Source: Candidatus Dormiibacterota bacterium (lineage in GTDB: Bacteria; Chloroflexota; Dormibacteria; Aeolococcales; Aeolococcaceae). From it: a stretch of DNA of 64,000 nucleotides. Location: positions 32,001 through 96,000 of the forward strand of contig OY970355.1 in assembly GCA_963718525.1 (NCBI GenBank). The letters are read 5' to 3'. Under the pieces are notes generated by a model. The model saw only the letters and a program-made list of their open reading frames with translations, had not been told where the DNA came from and did no database searches. A program made the translations under genes and the position numbers. Shown here piece by piece: positions 19,198-30,649 of this stretch. How positions within the stretch are numbered: position 1 is the first letter of the stretch; every line of letters begins with the position of its first letter.

Positions 19198-19905
19198 GGA
19201 AATGCGCACTCAGCCAAAGGACATGGTGGCGATCACCACCCTCGGCCTGCTCAGCGAGCAGCCCTGCCACCCATACGAGCTTCAGCGCCTCCTGAAGGAG
19301 CGTCACAAGGGGTACGCGGTGGGCAAGACCCGCAGCCTCTACCGAGCGATCGAAGAGCTCGAGGCGGCGGAGTACATCGAGCCCCTCGAGACCAGCCGGG
19401 AAGGCCGCCGTCCGGAACGGACGGTCTACCGGATCACGCCGGAGGGGCGTGAGGAACTCGAGAACTGGCTCGCCGATCTGCTCTCCACGCCGGTCGACGA
19501 GACCCCAGTGTTCAGGGTCGCTGTGGGGCTCCTCGGCTACATCACCCAGGAGCGAGCCGAGGCCGCGCTCGCGACTCGCGTCGTGAGCCTGCGCGCCAGG
19601 GTCTCTGCGCTCGATGCCACGCTCAAGATGGCCCAGGACGATCTCGGCCTGCCGAGACTCGTCCTGCTCGAGCTCGAGCACGCGCTGGCCCTGGCCACCG
19701 CCGAGATCGACTGGATCCGCTCCATCACCGCAGACATGCAGCGAGGCGTGCTCGTCTGGAACGAGGACCTGATCAGAGCGCACTTCGAGGCGATGCACGC
19801 GGCCGATGCCGAGCGTCGCAACCGGCACCGAGTGAACCATCTTGCGAAGCTGCTGCACCGGCCTGGACAGGAGCACCCAGCAGACATCAACGGGAAGGAG
19901 CAACC

Positions 19906-19909
<4 letters not shown>
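19196..19909 (+). CDS. PadR-family transcriptional regulator
   Basis: HPYEL, SLYRAIEEL and GRRPERTVYRITPEG motifs plus C-terminal dimerisation helices. Confidence 0.92.
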
Positions 19910-20850
<941 letters not shown>

Positions 20851-20862
20851 GAGGGAGCCGAC

Positions 20863-21624
20863 ATGAAGATGCTCAGAGACACGTGGCTGATGTTCCAGCG
20901 CTATCTCATGGTGTTCCTGCGTAACCCGGCGTGGGTTGTGATCGGCGTGCTGCAGCCCGTGCTCTACCTGGTGCTGTTTGCGCCGCTGCTGAAATCACTC
21001 ACGGAGACCCCCGGGTTCCCCTCCGGAGGCGCGTACAACGTGTTCGTTCCCGGTCTGCTCATCCAGCTCGGACTTTTCGGCGCGAGCGGCGTCGGCTTCG
21101 GTCTGATCGCGGAGCTGCGCGCCGGCGTGATCGAACGGTTCCGGGTGACACCGGTGAGCCGCTTCGCGCTGCTGCTCGGGCGCGCGCTTCGCGACATCCT
21201 CACGCTCGTGGTGCAGTCACTGATCCTGCTCCTGCTGGCAATTCCATTCGGTCTGCAGCCGACGGTCTCGGGCGTGTTCGTCATGCTTGGACTGGTTGCG
21301 CTCATCGGGCTCGGCATGTCGTCGCTCGCGTACGCCGCCGCGCTCGCGCTGAAGAGTGAGGACTCGTACGCTCCCCTGATCTTCACGCTGTCACTCCCGC
21401 TGCTGCTGCTCAGCGGCGTGCTGCTCCCCCTGCAGCTCGCACCCCAGTGGCTGCAGCACATCGCGCAGGCGAACCCGCTCTCGTACGCGGTCACCGCCGC
21501 GCGCGATGTGTTCAACGGACACGGCGCGGACCCCGATGTCTTCAAGGGCCTCGCGATCATGGCCGCGCTGGCGGTCGTGGGAGTCATGATCGGGGCTCGC
21601 CGGTTCAGCAGGGCCATCGCCTGA
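20863..21624 (+). CDS. ABC-2 type permease (DrrB-like)
   Basis: Six TM helices, FVPGLL, ERFRVTPVSR and NPLSYAV motifs. Confidence 0.92.
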   Translation: MKMLRDTWLMFQRYLMVFLRNPAWVVIGVLQPVLYLVLFAPLLKSLTETPGFPSGGAYNVFVPGLLIQLGLFGASGVGFGLIAELRAGVIERFRVTPVSRFALLLGRALRDILTLVVQSLILLLLAIPFGLQPTVSGVFVMLGLVALIGLGMSSLAYAAALALKSEDSYAPLIFTLSLPLLLLSGVLLPLQLAPQWLQHIAQANPLSYAVTAARDVFNGHGADPDVFKGLAIMAALAVVGVMIGARRFSRAIA

Positions 21625-21643
21625 GCTCAGCGGCCGAGGCGTC

Positions 21644-21659
21644 CTGACCGGCCGGTCAG
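21644..21659. terminator. Palindrome between convergent genes (possible bidirectional terminator)
   Basis: CTGACCGGCCGGTCAG is a perfect 16-nt palindrome; no U tract. Confidence 0.35.
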
Positions 21660-21665
21660 ACCGGA

Positions 21666-22055
21666 TCAGCCGGTGAGGGCGGGGGCGTCCTCGAAGCACG
21701 AGCGAACCACGGCCCCGAGCCCCGGCAGGCTGAACGGCTTGGTGATCAGGTGGTTTGCGCCGGCGAGCCGAGCGCGTTCCACGTCCTTGTCCGAGGAGAG
21801 CGACGTGAACACGAGGACCGGCATCGTCTGCGTGCTCGCCTGCGAGCGGATATGCCGGCAGACCTCGATCCCGTCGACGCCGGGCATCATCACGTCGAGG
21901 ATCGCCAGGTCGAACGTCTGGGTCTCGAGCATCGCGAGGGCCTCGCTGCCGTCCGATGCCTCGCACACCTCGAATCCTTCCATGCTGAGATACAGCCCGA
22001 CGACATGCAGCAGTCGTGGCTCATCGTCAGCAAGAAGGATGCGCTGCTGGGTCAA
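21666..22055 (-). CDS. Stand-alone response regulator receiver domain
   Basis: ILLADDE, ILDVMMPGVDG and ITKPF motifs; no output domain. Start approximate. Confidence 0.88.
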   Translation of the reverse strand: MTQQRILLADDEPRLLHVVGLYLSMEGFEVCEASDGSEALAMLETQTFDLAILDVMMPGVDGIEVCRHIRSQASTQTMPVLVFTSLSSDKDVERARLAGANHLITKPFSLPGLGAVVRSCFEDAPALTG

Positions 22056-22255
22056 GGGATGCGGCCTCCCGGGCGCGTGGACAGGTGCGTCATCGCAGTA
22101 TCGAGCGCCAGAACGATCTGATCTCGGCGACCATCGTTCCGTCACCGGGTGGAGACATATGCGGCCGACCCCGGCGATCGCCGGCGCCGCTGTGCCGGAT
22201 GATGTGTGCATGGCGGCCGCATCGTCGCGTGATCAGCGCGGAGGCGTGAGCGCTC

Positions 22256-23680
22256 ATGCCTGAGCCCGAGGCGCCCCGGCACCACACCCCGCGGATCCTC
22301 ACGGAACCTCGCCGTCCGGCTCGCATCCGAGAGCTCCACTCGGCGCCCTGGCTCGCGGTGGGGACCGTGTGCGTCGGCGCCTTCATGGGCCAGCTCGACG
22401 CGAGCATCGTGGCCACGGCGCTTCCCGTCATCCGCACCAACCTACACGCATCCATCGCAGGTGTCGAATGGGTGGTGCTGGTCTACGTGCTCGTGCTCGC
22501 CGGATCGGTCGCAGCGGTGGGCAAGATCGCCGATCGCGTCGGCCGGAAGCTCCTCTACACGTATGGCTTTGCCATCTTCGTCGCCGGCTCGGCCGCGTGC
22601 GCGCTTGCTCCATCGCTCGGTTTGCTGGTGCTCGGGAGACTCGTGCAGGCGATCGGGGCGGTGATGCTGCAGGCGAACTCATACGCGCTGATCCGCGACG
22701 TCCTGCCCGCCTCGCGGCTCGGCGCCGGGCTCGGTATTCAGGGCGCTGCACAGGCTGTGGGGCTCAGCGTCGGGCCCGCACTCGGCGGAGCGCTCACTGC
22801 GCTCGGTGGCTGGCGTCTCATCTTCCTCGTCAACGTGCCGATCGGCCTGGTCGGGCTGGTGCTGGGGTGGTTCCTGCTGCCGAGGAGCACGCACCTCGAC
22901 CGGGAGAGCCGCATCGACCCATCCGGGACGCTGCTGCTCGCCGCGATTCCCTCCGCGCTCCTTGCGGCGCTGTCCTTCGCCGCGCAGCGCGGAACGCGGG
23001 AGTGGGTCGAGCCGGGGCTGATCGGCCTGACCGGCGTGCTCGTGATCGCGGCCGTGGCCCGTCAGCGGCGAGTTCCGGGATCGGTCATCGACGCGGCCCT
23101 GGTCCGCGTGCCCGCGTTCGTGGCGGGCGTCAGTGCGGCACTCCTCTCCTATGTCGTGCTGTTCGGCTGCCTGGTCGCCGTCCCGTTCTTCCTGGAGAAG
23201 TCGCTCCACGTCGGGCCTGCGGCTGCGGGGCTCGAGCTCAGCGCGCTTCCCGTGACGCTGGCGCTGGTCGCACCGCTCGGCGGCGCCATCCGGGACCGGG
23301 TCGGCCCGCGCGTACCGACCGCCTTCGGCATGCTGCTCACCGCCGGAGGCATGGCGCTGCTCGCCGTCTCGGCGACCCGGACAGATCTCACCGTTGCGGC
23401 ACTGGGGATCGCGGGCGCCGGGATGGGACTGTTCGTCGCCGCCAACAACGCCGCGACCATGTTCGCGGCTCCTGAGCAGCGGGCCGGCGCCGCGGGAGGG
23501 CTCCTGAACATGGCCAGGGGTCTCGGCACGGCGCTGGGGGTGGCGCTGACATCGCTGGTCTTCGCCTCGGGGCGCGGCATCACGTCGGTCTCCCTGGTGC
23601 TCGTCGCTGTGGCGATCCTCGCGGGGATCATCAGCGTGACGTGGTCGAGCCCGGTGGTACGAGCGGCGTCAGCCGCCTGA
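22256..23680 (+). CDS. MFS transporter, DHA2 (EmrB/QacA-like)
   Basis: LDASIV, GKIADRVGRK motif A, GPALGG and WRLIFLVNVPIG motifs. Confidence 0.93.
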   Translation: MPEPEAPRHHTPRILTEPRRPARIRELHSAPWLAVGTVCVGAFMGQLDASIVATALPVIRTNLHASIAGVEWVVLVYVLVLAGSVAAVGKIADRVGRKLLYTYGFAIFVAGSAACALAPSLGLLVLGRLVQAIGAVMLQANSYALIRDVLPASRLGAGLGIQGAAQAVGLSVGPALGGALTALGGWRLIFLVNVPIGLVGLVLGWFLLPRSTHLDRESRIDPSGTLLLAAIPSALLAALSFAAQRGTREWVEPGLIGLTGVLVIAAVARQRRVPGSVIDAALVRVPAFVAGVSAALLSYVVLFGCLVAVPFFLEKSLHVGPAAAGLELSALPVTLALVAPLGGAIRDRVGPRVPTAFGMLLTAGGMALLAVSATRTDLTVAALGIAGAGMGLFVAANNAATMFAAPEQRAGAAGGLLNMARGLGTALGVALTSLVFASGRGITSVSLVLVAVAILAGIISVTWSSPVVRAASAA

Positions 23681-24736
23681 GCCGCCGGTGGCCGGATACC
23701 AGTGGCTCGGCCGCGCGTCGTCACGACGCACCCGGCCCGAGCTCTCGAGAAGCACGAGGTGCGCGAGGGTCTCGCCGATCGCGGCGCGACGCATGTAGCC
23801 GACGATCTGCGACCAATCGCGGGACCACCGCAGCTTTAGGGTGGCGTCCCAGCAAGTGAGCCCCGGTGTGGCGCAGACAGCGGCGTAGGTCTCGTCGAGG
23901 CGGGTGCGGTGATGGTCGAGCAGCTCGTCGACTCTCACGTCGAGGCCTCGGAAACGCCATTCGTGTGCGGGCATCACCTCGTCGACGCCGAGATCGCGGA
24001 CCCGGCGCAGCGCATCGAGGAAGTCGGCAAGCGGGTTCACGCGCTGCTGCACGTGCACACCGACGCTCGGGCTGATGCGCGGGAGCACGTGATCGCCGCT
24101 GAAGAGCAGCTGGTGACCGCGATCATGGAAGCAGACGTGCCCAGGCGAGTGGCCGGGGGTGTGCAGCGCGACGAGGTCCCATCCCGGCACGGGCACGTGG
24201 CCGCGATCCTCGAGGAGGACGTCGGGCTGGATGGCGGCCACGAGCTCGCGAACACCCATCGACGCACCGGTGAGGGGCGCACGCATGTCGTCCGGCACTC
24301 CGGCATCGACGAGCAGGGCATCCATGTCGGCGAGCAGCCCCTCGATGCCGAGGCCATAGCGATCGGGAATGAGCGCCGCATCCGCCGGATGCAGCGCAAC
24401 CCACGCTCCCGACGCCTCACGCAACCGACCAGCGAGTCCGTAGTGGTCGGGGTGAATGTGGGTGATGAGAATCGCTCGGACATCCCCAGGTGTGTACCCG
24501 GCACGCGCCATGCCGGCCACCAGGGCGGCCCAAGCCTCCTCGGTGTTCCATCCCGTGTCGATGACCGCCGCCCCGCCCTCGGACTCGAGCAGGTAGACGA
24601 GCACGTAGCGGAGCGGATTGTCGGGCAGCGGGACCGGGATCGACCAGAGCCCGGACCGAACCTGCTCGACCTCCGGTAATCCCACCGATTCCCAGGAACG
24701 GCGCTGAGCGATTCCGGTGACTTCGATCCCGCCCAC
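23669..24736 (-). CDS. MBL-fold metallo-hydrolase with C-terminal winged helix
   Basis: THIHPDHYG, TPGHSPGH, SGDHVLP and PAH motifs. Confidence 0.9.
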   Translation of the reverse strand: MGGIEVTGIAQRRSWESVGLPEVEQVRSGLWSIPVPLPDNPLRYVLVYLLESEGGAAVIDTGWNTEEAWAALVAGMARAGYTPGDVRAILITHIHPDHYGLAGRLREASGAWVALHPADAALIPDRYGLGIEGLLADMDALLVDAGVPDDMRAPLTGASMGVRELVAAIQPDVLLEDRGHVPVPGWDLVALHTPGHSPGHVCFHDRGHQLLFSGDHVLPRISPSVGVHVQQRVNPLADFLDALRRVRDLGVDEVMPAHEWRFRGLDVRVDELLDHHRTRLDETYAAVCATPGLTCWDATLKLRWSRDWSQIVGYMRRAAIGETLAHLVLLESSGRVRRDDARPSHWYPATGGSGG

Positions 24737-24744
24737 AGACGGGA

Positions 24745-25599
24745 TCAGCCGGCCGTGTCGAGGGGATGTGCCGCGAGATGCTCGAGGAAGAGATCCGCAA
24801 CGTCATCCCAGTGTTCGTCGGGGATCCAGTGCGATCCACCCTCGAGCTCGAGCAGGTGATAGTCGCCCGTACAGTGCTCGGCGGTGAGCTCGGTCGCCTC
24901 ACGAGAGAACACCGGGTCGTGGTCGCCCCAGACGTGCAACACCGGGACACGGACCGGGGCCGTGTGCGAACGCTCGGTGCCGAGCGCCCGGTACCAGTTG
25001 AGCGCTCCCGAGGGACCCACCTGGCGCAGCGCCTCAATGTCGCGGTGCGCGTGTGCCGGGCTCAGGCCGGTCGCGGTCAGGAGCGACTCGGCGACGACCC
25101 CGCCCGCTGCCTCGAAGAGGGATTCCGGGACGAGCGGCAGCCGGAGGACCGGGATGTACGCCATTCGCAGGCGCTGCTGCGGTCCCCGGAGCGCCTGGCG
25201 CAGCGCTGCGCTGTGTGGCGTCGATACGGCGGTGAGGGACGCGACCGCCTCCGGATGCTCGCCGCCAAGAGCCCATGCGACGGTCCCACCCCAGTCATGG
25301 CCGGCGACGTGGAATCGGTCCCTGCCGAGAGCGGCGGCGATGCCCAGGACGTCCGCGCAGAGCTCGGACACCCTGTACGCTTCGACGCCCTCGGGGCGCG
25401 CGCCCTCGCAGTACCCGCGCTGGCTCGGCGCGACGGCGTGAAACCCGGCGTCCGACAGCGACGCCAGCGCGTCGTGCCAGCACGTGCCGGTCTGCGGAAA
25501 TCCGTGGAGTAGGAGCACGAGCTCACCAGCGGCGGGACCCGCGGTGAGCGCGTCGAAACGCATGCCCCGTGCCGCTATGGTCGTGCGCCTCACCGCCAC
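24745..25599 (-). CDS. Alpha/beta hydrolase, epoxide hydrolase-like
   Basis: LLHGFP, GHDWGG (Asp nucleophile), LNWYRA and SHW motifs. Confidence 0.9.
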   Translation of the reverse strand: MAVRRTTIAARGMRFDALTAGPAAGELVLLLHGFPQTGTCWHDALASLSDAGFHAVAPSQRGYCEGARPEGVEAYRVSELCADVLGIAAALGRDRFHVAGHDWGGTVAWALGGEHPEAVASLTAVSTPHSAALRQALRGPQQRLRMAYIPVLRLPLVPESLFEAAGGVVAESLLTATGLSPAHAHRDIEALRQVGPSGALNWYRALGTERSHTAPVRVPVLHVWGDHDPVFSREATELTAEHCTGDYHLLELEGGSHWIPDEHWDDVADLFLEHLAAHPLDTAG

Positions 25600-25662
25600 T
25601 GCGAATGGAGCGTAGCAGGCAGCAATGACTGACGATCCGCGTGCGGGCTCGCTTCATGCACC

Positions 25663-26469
25663 ATGGCCGCGATGCCGGAACCGCTGTTCACTCCCAACAA
25701 GCGCGGCTACGTGCCGAGTGACGATGCCCGGGGTCCCTGGGATCGCAGCGCCATGCACGGTGGGCCGCCCGCGGCGCTCATGGCCGCTGTCATGGAAGCG
25801 CTGCCGACCGAGGCGCCGATGGCCATCGTCCGGACCACTGTGGAAATCTTCCGCCCGGTGCCGCTGCGCCCCGTCGAGGTGGCCGCGCGAATCGAGCGCG
25901 AAGGCCGCCGCGTCCAGATGCTGATGGCAACGCTCACCGACGGCAACACCGAGCTGTGCCGAGCCACGGCGTGGCGCATGCGCATTGCCGACCTCGATCT
26001 CGGCGAGCAGCCCGCACCCGAGGTGCCGTTCGCCGGACCCGATGACTCAATTGCGCACGTTCCGGAGAGCGACGATCCTGCATTTCATCGCACCGGGATG
26101 GAGATGCGTTACGCGCGCGGGTCCTTCGAGGACCAGGGGCCAGCGACCGTATGGATGCGCCTCGCCGTGCCGGTCATCGCGGGCCAGACGCCGACACCGC
26201 TGCAGCGCGTGCTCGCCGCCGCCGATTTCGGCAATGGTGTGTCGGCGGCACTGCCGTGGGGACAGTTCCTGTTCATCAACACCGATCTCACCGTGTATCT
26301 GCATCGCCAGCCGGAAGGCGAATGGATCTGTCTCGACGCCAGCACCGACGTCGACGCGCACGGCGTCGGCGTCGCTCACAGCAGGCTCTACGACCAACGC
26401 GGTACGGTCGGCCGCTCGCTGCAGGGCCTGTTCATCGACCGAGTGCGGGTGACGCCACCGCACGCCTGA
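25663..26469 (+). CDS. Double hotdog-fold thioesterase-family protein
   Basis: GPWD..MHGGPP, AADFGNG and FINTDLTV motifs. Start at 25663 or 25672. Confidence 0.88.
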   Translation: MAAMPEPLFTPNKRGYVPSDDARGPWDRSAMHGGPPAALMAAVMEALPTEAPMAIVRTTVEIFRPVPLRPVEVAARIEREGRRVQMLMATLTDGNTELCRATAWRMRIADLDLGEQPAPEVPFAGPDDSIAHVPESDDPAFHRTGMEMRYARGSFEDQGPATVWMRLAVPVIAGQTPTPLQRVLAAADFGNGVSAALPWGQFLFINTDLTVYLHRQPEGEWICLDASTDVDAHGVGVAHSRLYDQRGTVGRSLQGLFIDRVRVTPPHA

Positions 26470-26474
26470 CGGTG

Positions 26475-27188
26475 TCAGGGGCCGAGCAGGCTCGCAACCC
26501 GGGGGTCGTCGCGAATGGGCTCGATGTCGGCATCGTCGAGCGCGTGCGCGCGCAGCCCCGGACGGCTCCGAAGCGCCGCGCGCAGCAGTGGCAGCGCGTC
26601 GTCGGCATTGCCATTGCGCGCGAAGAAACAGGCGAAGTTGTAGTCGGCGACTGGCTGGTTCTCGGGGAACAGGTCGGAGTCGAGCGCATGACTCCACGTC
26701 GCCGCCTCCTCTGCTCCGGTCGGGTCGCCGTGCTCGACCGCCCAGTAGCCGAGGTGCTGCGCAACATGGCCGTGACCATTGCCCGGCACGACAAGCCACA
26801 CCGGGCCACCGTTTCCGGAGCGCTCTCGCAGCAAGTCCGCATCGCTGCAGGCGCGAACCGCCTCAATCAGTGCGGCGTAACTCGCAGCCGCGGCCGTACT
26901 GACGGCGGCTGCGGAATCCTCGCGATGCACCTCGTAGATCTCTGCGTTGCGGGCGTCGAGGTCGCTGTCGGTGCTGGGTCCCTCGTATGGCAACTCCAGG
27001 CGCGCGGCGTCGAGCACGCCCACAGCGTGCTCGCGCCATGCGTTGAGATGCGCGATGTTGTCCTTCGCGGTCCAGAGACCGGGCTCGTGCGATGGCGAGT
27101 CGTCGCACAACCCGAGCAACACGGACTCCTTCGTCTGCGCCGCCTCGAGCGACTGCACGAGACGGTCCCGGAGCGACTCGCCAGTCAC
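26475..27188 (-). CDS. DinB-like four-helix domain plus C-terminal TPR
   Basis: WTAKDNIAHL and HVAQHL (DinB-type His residues); YNFACFFA...AL..DADI TPR tail. GTGA overlap with the TM0106 stop. Confidence 0.72.
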   Translation of the reverse strand: MTGESLRDRLVQSLEAAQTKESVLLGLCDDSPSHEPGLWTAKDNIAHLNAWREHAVGVLDAARLELPYEGPSTDSDLDARNAEIYEVHREDSAAAVSTAAAASYAALIEAVRACSDADLLRERSGNGGPVWLVVPGNGHGHVAQHLGYWAVEHGDPTGAEEAATWSHALDSDLFPENQPVADYNFACFFARNGNADDALPLLRAALRSRPGLRAHALDDADIEPIRDDPRVASLLGP

Positions 27189-30100
27189 GCGGAGAGGATA
27201 ACCTGGCCCGGCAGGGCAGCGCTCCACGGCTCGGCCATCTCCACGAAACGGCACAACGCGTTGACGAGTTGCATCTGCTCCGGCGTGTGGCAGCGTGCGC
27301 GCAGCAACTCGGGAGAGCAGACGAGCACGGACAGCCCGCGCGCTCGCGACACGGCCACGTTGAGACGGTTGAGGCTGAACAGGAACTCAAGGTTGCGTGG
27401 CAGGTCCTCAACGCTGGATGTCGCCATCGTGAAGATGCTGACGGCAGCCTCCTGCCCCTGAAAGCGATCCACTGTCCCGACCCTCGCGCCGGATGGCAGG
27501 GTCTCGACCAGGCACGCGACCTGGGCGTTGTACGGTGCGACGACCACGATGTCGTCGAGCGACAGCTGCCGCACATCACCGGAGTCGTCTCGCCATGCAG
27601 CGCGCGTCAGATGGTCGAAGATGGTGCGGACTCGTTGCGCCTCAGCGTCGGAGCGAACCCTGTCGCCCTGGTGATCGACGAATGACGTACGCAGGCCGGT
27701 GATCGGAGAGCGGTGCAGCAGCACCGCCTGTGTTGCGCACTGTGGTTCGGACCCGAGCCGTCCCTCGTAGAACGACCGCGACACGAACGCAGTGACGTTC
27801 GGGTGCATCCGCCACGTGAGGTCGAGGAGCACGCCTCGATCTGGAGCGATCGTCACGTCGCCGCCCAGGAGGTGATCGAGCGCCGAGACGCCGACGCCCG
27901 CCGGGTGGCTCCCCTGGAGTGGTTGCGCCAGCTGCCGCGGATCACCGACGAGGACGAGGTTGCGGCCGGCACGCGACACTGCCAGCACATCCGCGAGTGA
28001 CATCTGGCCGGCCTCATCGACGATCAGCGTGTCAAGTGCGCCCTCGAGCTGCGGACGCGAGAAGAGCCACGCCGTGCCTCCGATGACATCCACGCTGCCG
28101 TCGGCGAGAGCAGCATCAACCATGTCGTTACCGCGTGCGACCTTGATCGCCGGGGTGCTGATGCCATCCGATTGACGGTGTTGCATCCGAACGTCGAGGC
28201 CAACCGAGGGTGCGAGCTCCTCGATCTTCGCAAGCAGCGTTCGAATCGCGTTGTGACTGACAGCGGTGACGCCGATCGGGCCTCGCCGCCTGGCGATCAA
28301 CGCGAGCACCGCGAGTGCGGCCATGTGGGTCTTGCCCGCGCCGGGTGGACCCTGCACTGGAAGGCATCCCTCCTGCAGTCCGAGGATGAGACGGATTGCG
28401 GCCTCCGATGCGGACTCGCCGGGCTCACGGAGCGCACAATCCACGCCGGAGCGCAAGCGTGGTGGAACGCGCATCAGCAGGTCACGTCCAGCGCGATTCG
28501 GGCCGGTCGCGTTCGGCCCGTTGGCAACAACCCAGCGGCCGAGATCGAGGAGCGACTCCTCCTGAGCATCGGTCGGGATCGGCTTGGACGGGATCAGAAA
28601 GCGAACGGCGCCTCGTTCGGCCTGGCCGGCGGTGCGTGACAGCGTGATCGACCCGCGCGCGGAGTCGAGGTAAGTGACCTCGCCGGCAGTGGGTGCGCGA
28701 CCCACCTCGCAGTGAGGATCAAGCGGCGTGTCGCCGAGACCGATGCGATGTTCCTGGGGCTCGAACCCGTACCGCTCGATGATGCGCCGCGCTTCAACGT
28801 GCGAGCCGATCATCTCGAGCGGCCCGAGCGCATACGTGTCGCGCTCGAGTTCCTCGGGACTCATCGCGAGCTGGTCGTAGTGCCGCCACCAGTTCACCTT
28901 GTTCTCACGCCGGTGGTATGACAGCAGCGGTGCGAGCAACCACCTCGCCCGCTCGACATCGGTCTGCACCTCAGGATCCGCCGGCAGACCGTCGATCAGT
29001 GCCGCAGCGATCTCCTGGGTCGCGACGATCTTGGTGCGGAGGTCGTCACCCACGTCGCGGTCGACGATGGGCGGCCGCTGGATCGGAGCGCCGCGAAGCT
29101 GCTCCTCCTCGACGCGACGCGCCTCGAGCCAGTCGCGCAGCTGCAGCGTTGAGATGCAATCGCGCTCGTTGTACATCGCAATGTCGTCCAGCAGCGTCTG
29201 GTCGCCAGTGCCACTCTGCTCGCGGCTTGTCAGCCAGCGCTCGTACACCACCATGCTCCCGGCGGCATCCGCGACCGATTCCTCGCGAGCGGGCATGTAC
29301 AACCGCTCCACCTTCTTCAGCGAATACGAGTCGGTCGACAGCCGCACACCCTGCCGCACAACGCGATAGAGGTCGACGAGCACGTCGTTGCGGAGCAGCC
29401 GGTCCACCTCTTCCTCGCGGGTGCCGTGACGGCTCATCAGCCGGCGCAACGCGGTCTTCTCGTATGCCGCGTAGTGGTAGATGTGCATGCTGGGATGGCG
29501 ATCGAGCTGCTCGATGGCATGGTCGACAAAGCCCTCGAACGCACGCCGTTCCTCGGCGTCGTCATGACCCCACCACGCTCGATAGGTTCCCTGCGCATCC
29601 ACGGCACCGAAGAGGTATTCAAGGGGAACGTCACGCGCGAGGCCATCGCCCTCCATGTCGAAGAAGATGTCTCCGGGCGACGGCGCCGGCAGCGCGCAGA
29701 GCCCACGACCCACCTCCCACGCATCGAGCAGCTGATGTCGCGGCACGCCGTCCGGGTGAGGACCTCGGTGCTGCAGCGCCGCTTGGGCACGCAGCTCACT
29801 GAAGGTCCCCGGGCTCATGCGTGGAGGTGCCTCGGTATCGTCGGACACCTGCGCAAGTGCCGTCATGGTGGCGATGCCCGCTGTCTTCAGCGCGAGCACC
29901 TGGCCAGACCGCATCCGCGCGACCTGCGACAGATGGTCGTCACGTTTCCGCTGCGCGGCGCAGCGGGCCGCGAAGCCGCACACACCGCAGTGCTCGACGG
30001 GGTCCGGGTACGTATCGCCGACGCGGGCGAGCATCGCGGACTCGAAGTCGAGCTTCACGCCCGCGTGGTAGGCGGAGAACTCGTCGACTCCATACGAGTG

Positions 30101-30649
30101 CTGGATCCCGTCACCGAGGATCACCTGCATCTGCGCGGGTGGCGTCCCCTGGAGCCGCCGGAGGTGCGCCGAGTACTCGCAGAGCTGGAGGATCGCCTCA
30201 GAGCGGACCCGTCGGGCGAGCTTCGCATCAGCGGCTTCGTACGCCCACGCCCAGCGCGCGCTCGGAGTTTCAACTCGGAGCAGGAAATCGGCGCGACCCA
30301 TCCAACGGCCGTCGAAGAACGTCGGCTGATAGATCACGTCGTAGCCCTCTGCCATCGCCGCAAGCGTCTCGGCCTCGAGGGCGGCGAGCTCGTTCGCGCT
30401 GCTTGCGAACCGATCGAGGTCGTCCTCGAACGCCTTGACGCTCATGCCTTGTGCCCGAAGCAACTCGAGATGGTTGCGCTCGTGCCCCGCTCCGAGCGTT
30501 GCGAGCACCTCGCTCAGGGCTGACCGATCGGCGGGGATGACCTCGCCGCCCGCGACGCGTCGCTTCAGCGTGACCAGGTGACCGCACGCGAGGTAGTCGC
30601 ACAGGTCCGTCGCCGTGTAGACGGGGCAACCGTCTTCCAGGTAGCGCAT
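27185..30649 (-). CDS. TM0106-family RecB-like nuclease / RNase H-like / SF1 helicase fusion
   Basis: GRADFLLR...DAKLAR (PD-(D/E)xK), FFDMEGD, HYAAYE, YSLKKVE, YNERDC, QGPPGAGKT, DEAGQ, GDPRQL, APYNAQ, GTVDRFQGQE and NRLNVAVSRA motifs. Confidence 0.93.
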   Translation of the reverse strand: MRYLEDGCPVYTATDLCDYLACGHLVTLKRRVAGGEVIPADRSALSEVLATLGAGHERNHLELLRAQGMSVKAFEDDLDRFASSANELAALEAETLAAMAEGYDVIYQPTFFDGRWMGRADFLLRVETPSARWAWAYEAADAKLARRVRSEAILQLCEYSAHLRRLQGTPPAQMQVILGDGIQHSYGVDEFSAYHAGVKLDFESAMLARVGDTYPDPVEHCGVCGFAARCAAQRKRDDHLSQVARMRSGQVLALKTAGIATMTALAQVSDDTEAPPRMSPGTFSELRAQAALQHRGPHPDGVPRHQLLDAWEVGRGLCALPAPSPGDIFFDMEGDGLARDVPLEYLFGAVDAQGTYRAWWGHDDAEERRAFEGFVDHAIEQLDRHPSMHIYHYAAYEKTALRRLMSRHGTREEEVDRLLRNDVLVDLYRVVRQGVRLSTDSYSLKKVERLYMPAREESVADAAGSMVVYERWLTSREQSGTGDQTLLDDIAMYNERDCISTLQLRDWLEARRVEEEQLRGAPIQRPPIVDRDVGDDLRTKIVATQEIAAALIDGLPADPEVQTDVERARWLLAPLLSYHRRENKVNWWRHYDQLAMSPEELERDTYALGPLEMIGSHVEARRIIERYGFEPQEHRIGLGDTPLDPHCEVGRAPTAGEVTYLDSARGSITLSRTAGQAERGAVRFLIPSKPIPTDAQEESLLDLGRWVVANGPNATGPNRAGRDLLMRVPPRLRSGVDCALREPGESASEAAIRLILGLQEGCLPVQGPPGAGKTHMAALAVLALIARRRGPIGVTAVSHNAIRTLLAKIEELAPSVGLDVRMQHRQSDGISTPAIKVARGNDMVDAALADGSVDVIGGTAWLFSRPQLEGALDTLIVDEAGQMSLADVLAVSRAGRNLVLVGDPRQLAQPLQGSHPAGVGVSALDHLLGGDVTIAPDRGVLLDLTWRMHPNVTAFVSRSFYEGRLGSEPQCATQAVLLHRSPITGLRTSFVDHQGDRVRSDAEAQRVRTIFDHLTRAAWRDDSGDVRQLSLDDIVVVAPYNAQVACLVETLPSGARVGTVDRFQGQEAAVSIFTMATSSVEDLPRNLEFLFSLNRLNVAVSRARGLSVLVCSPELLRARCHTPEQMQLVNALCRFVEMAEPWSAALPGQVILSA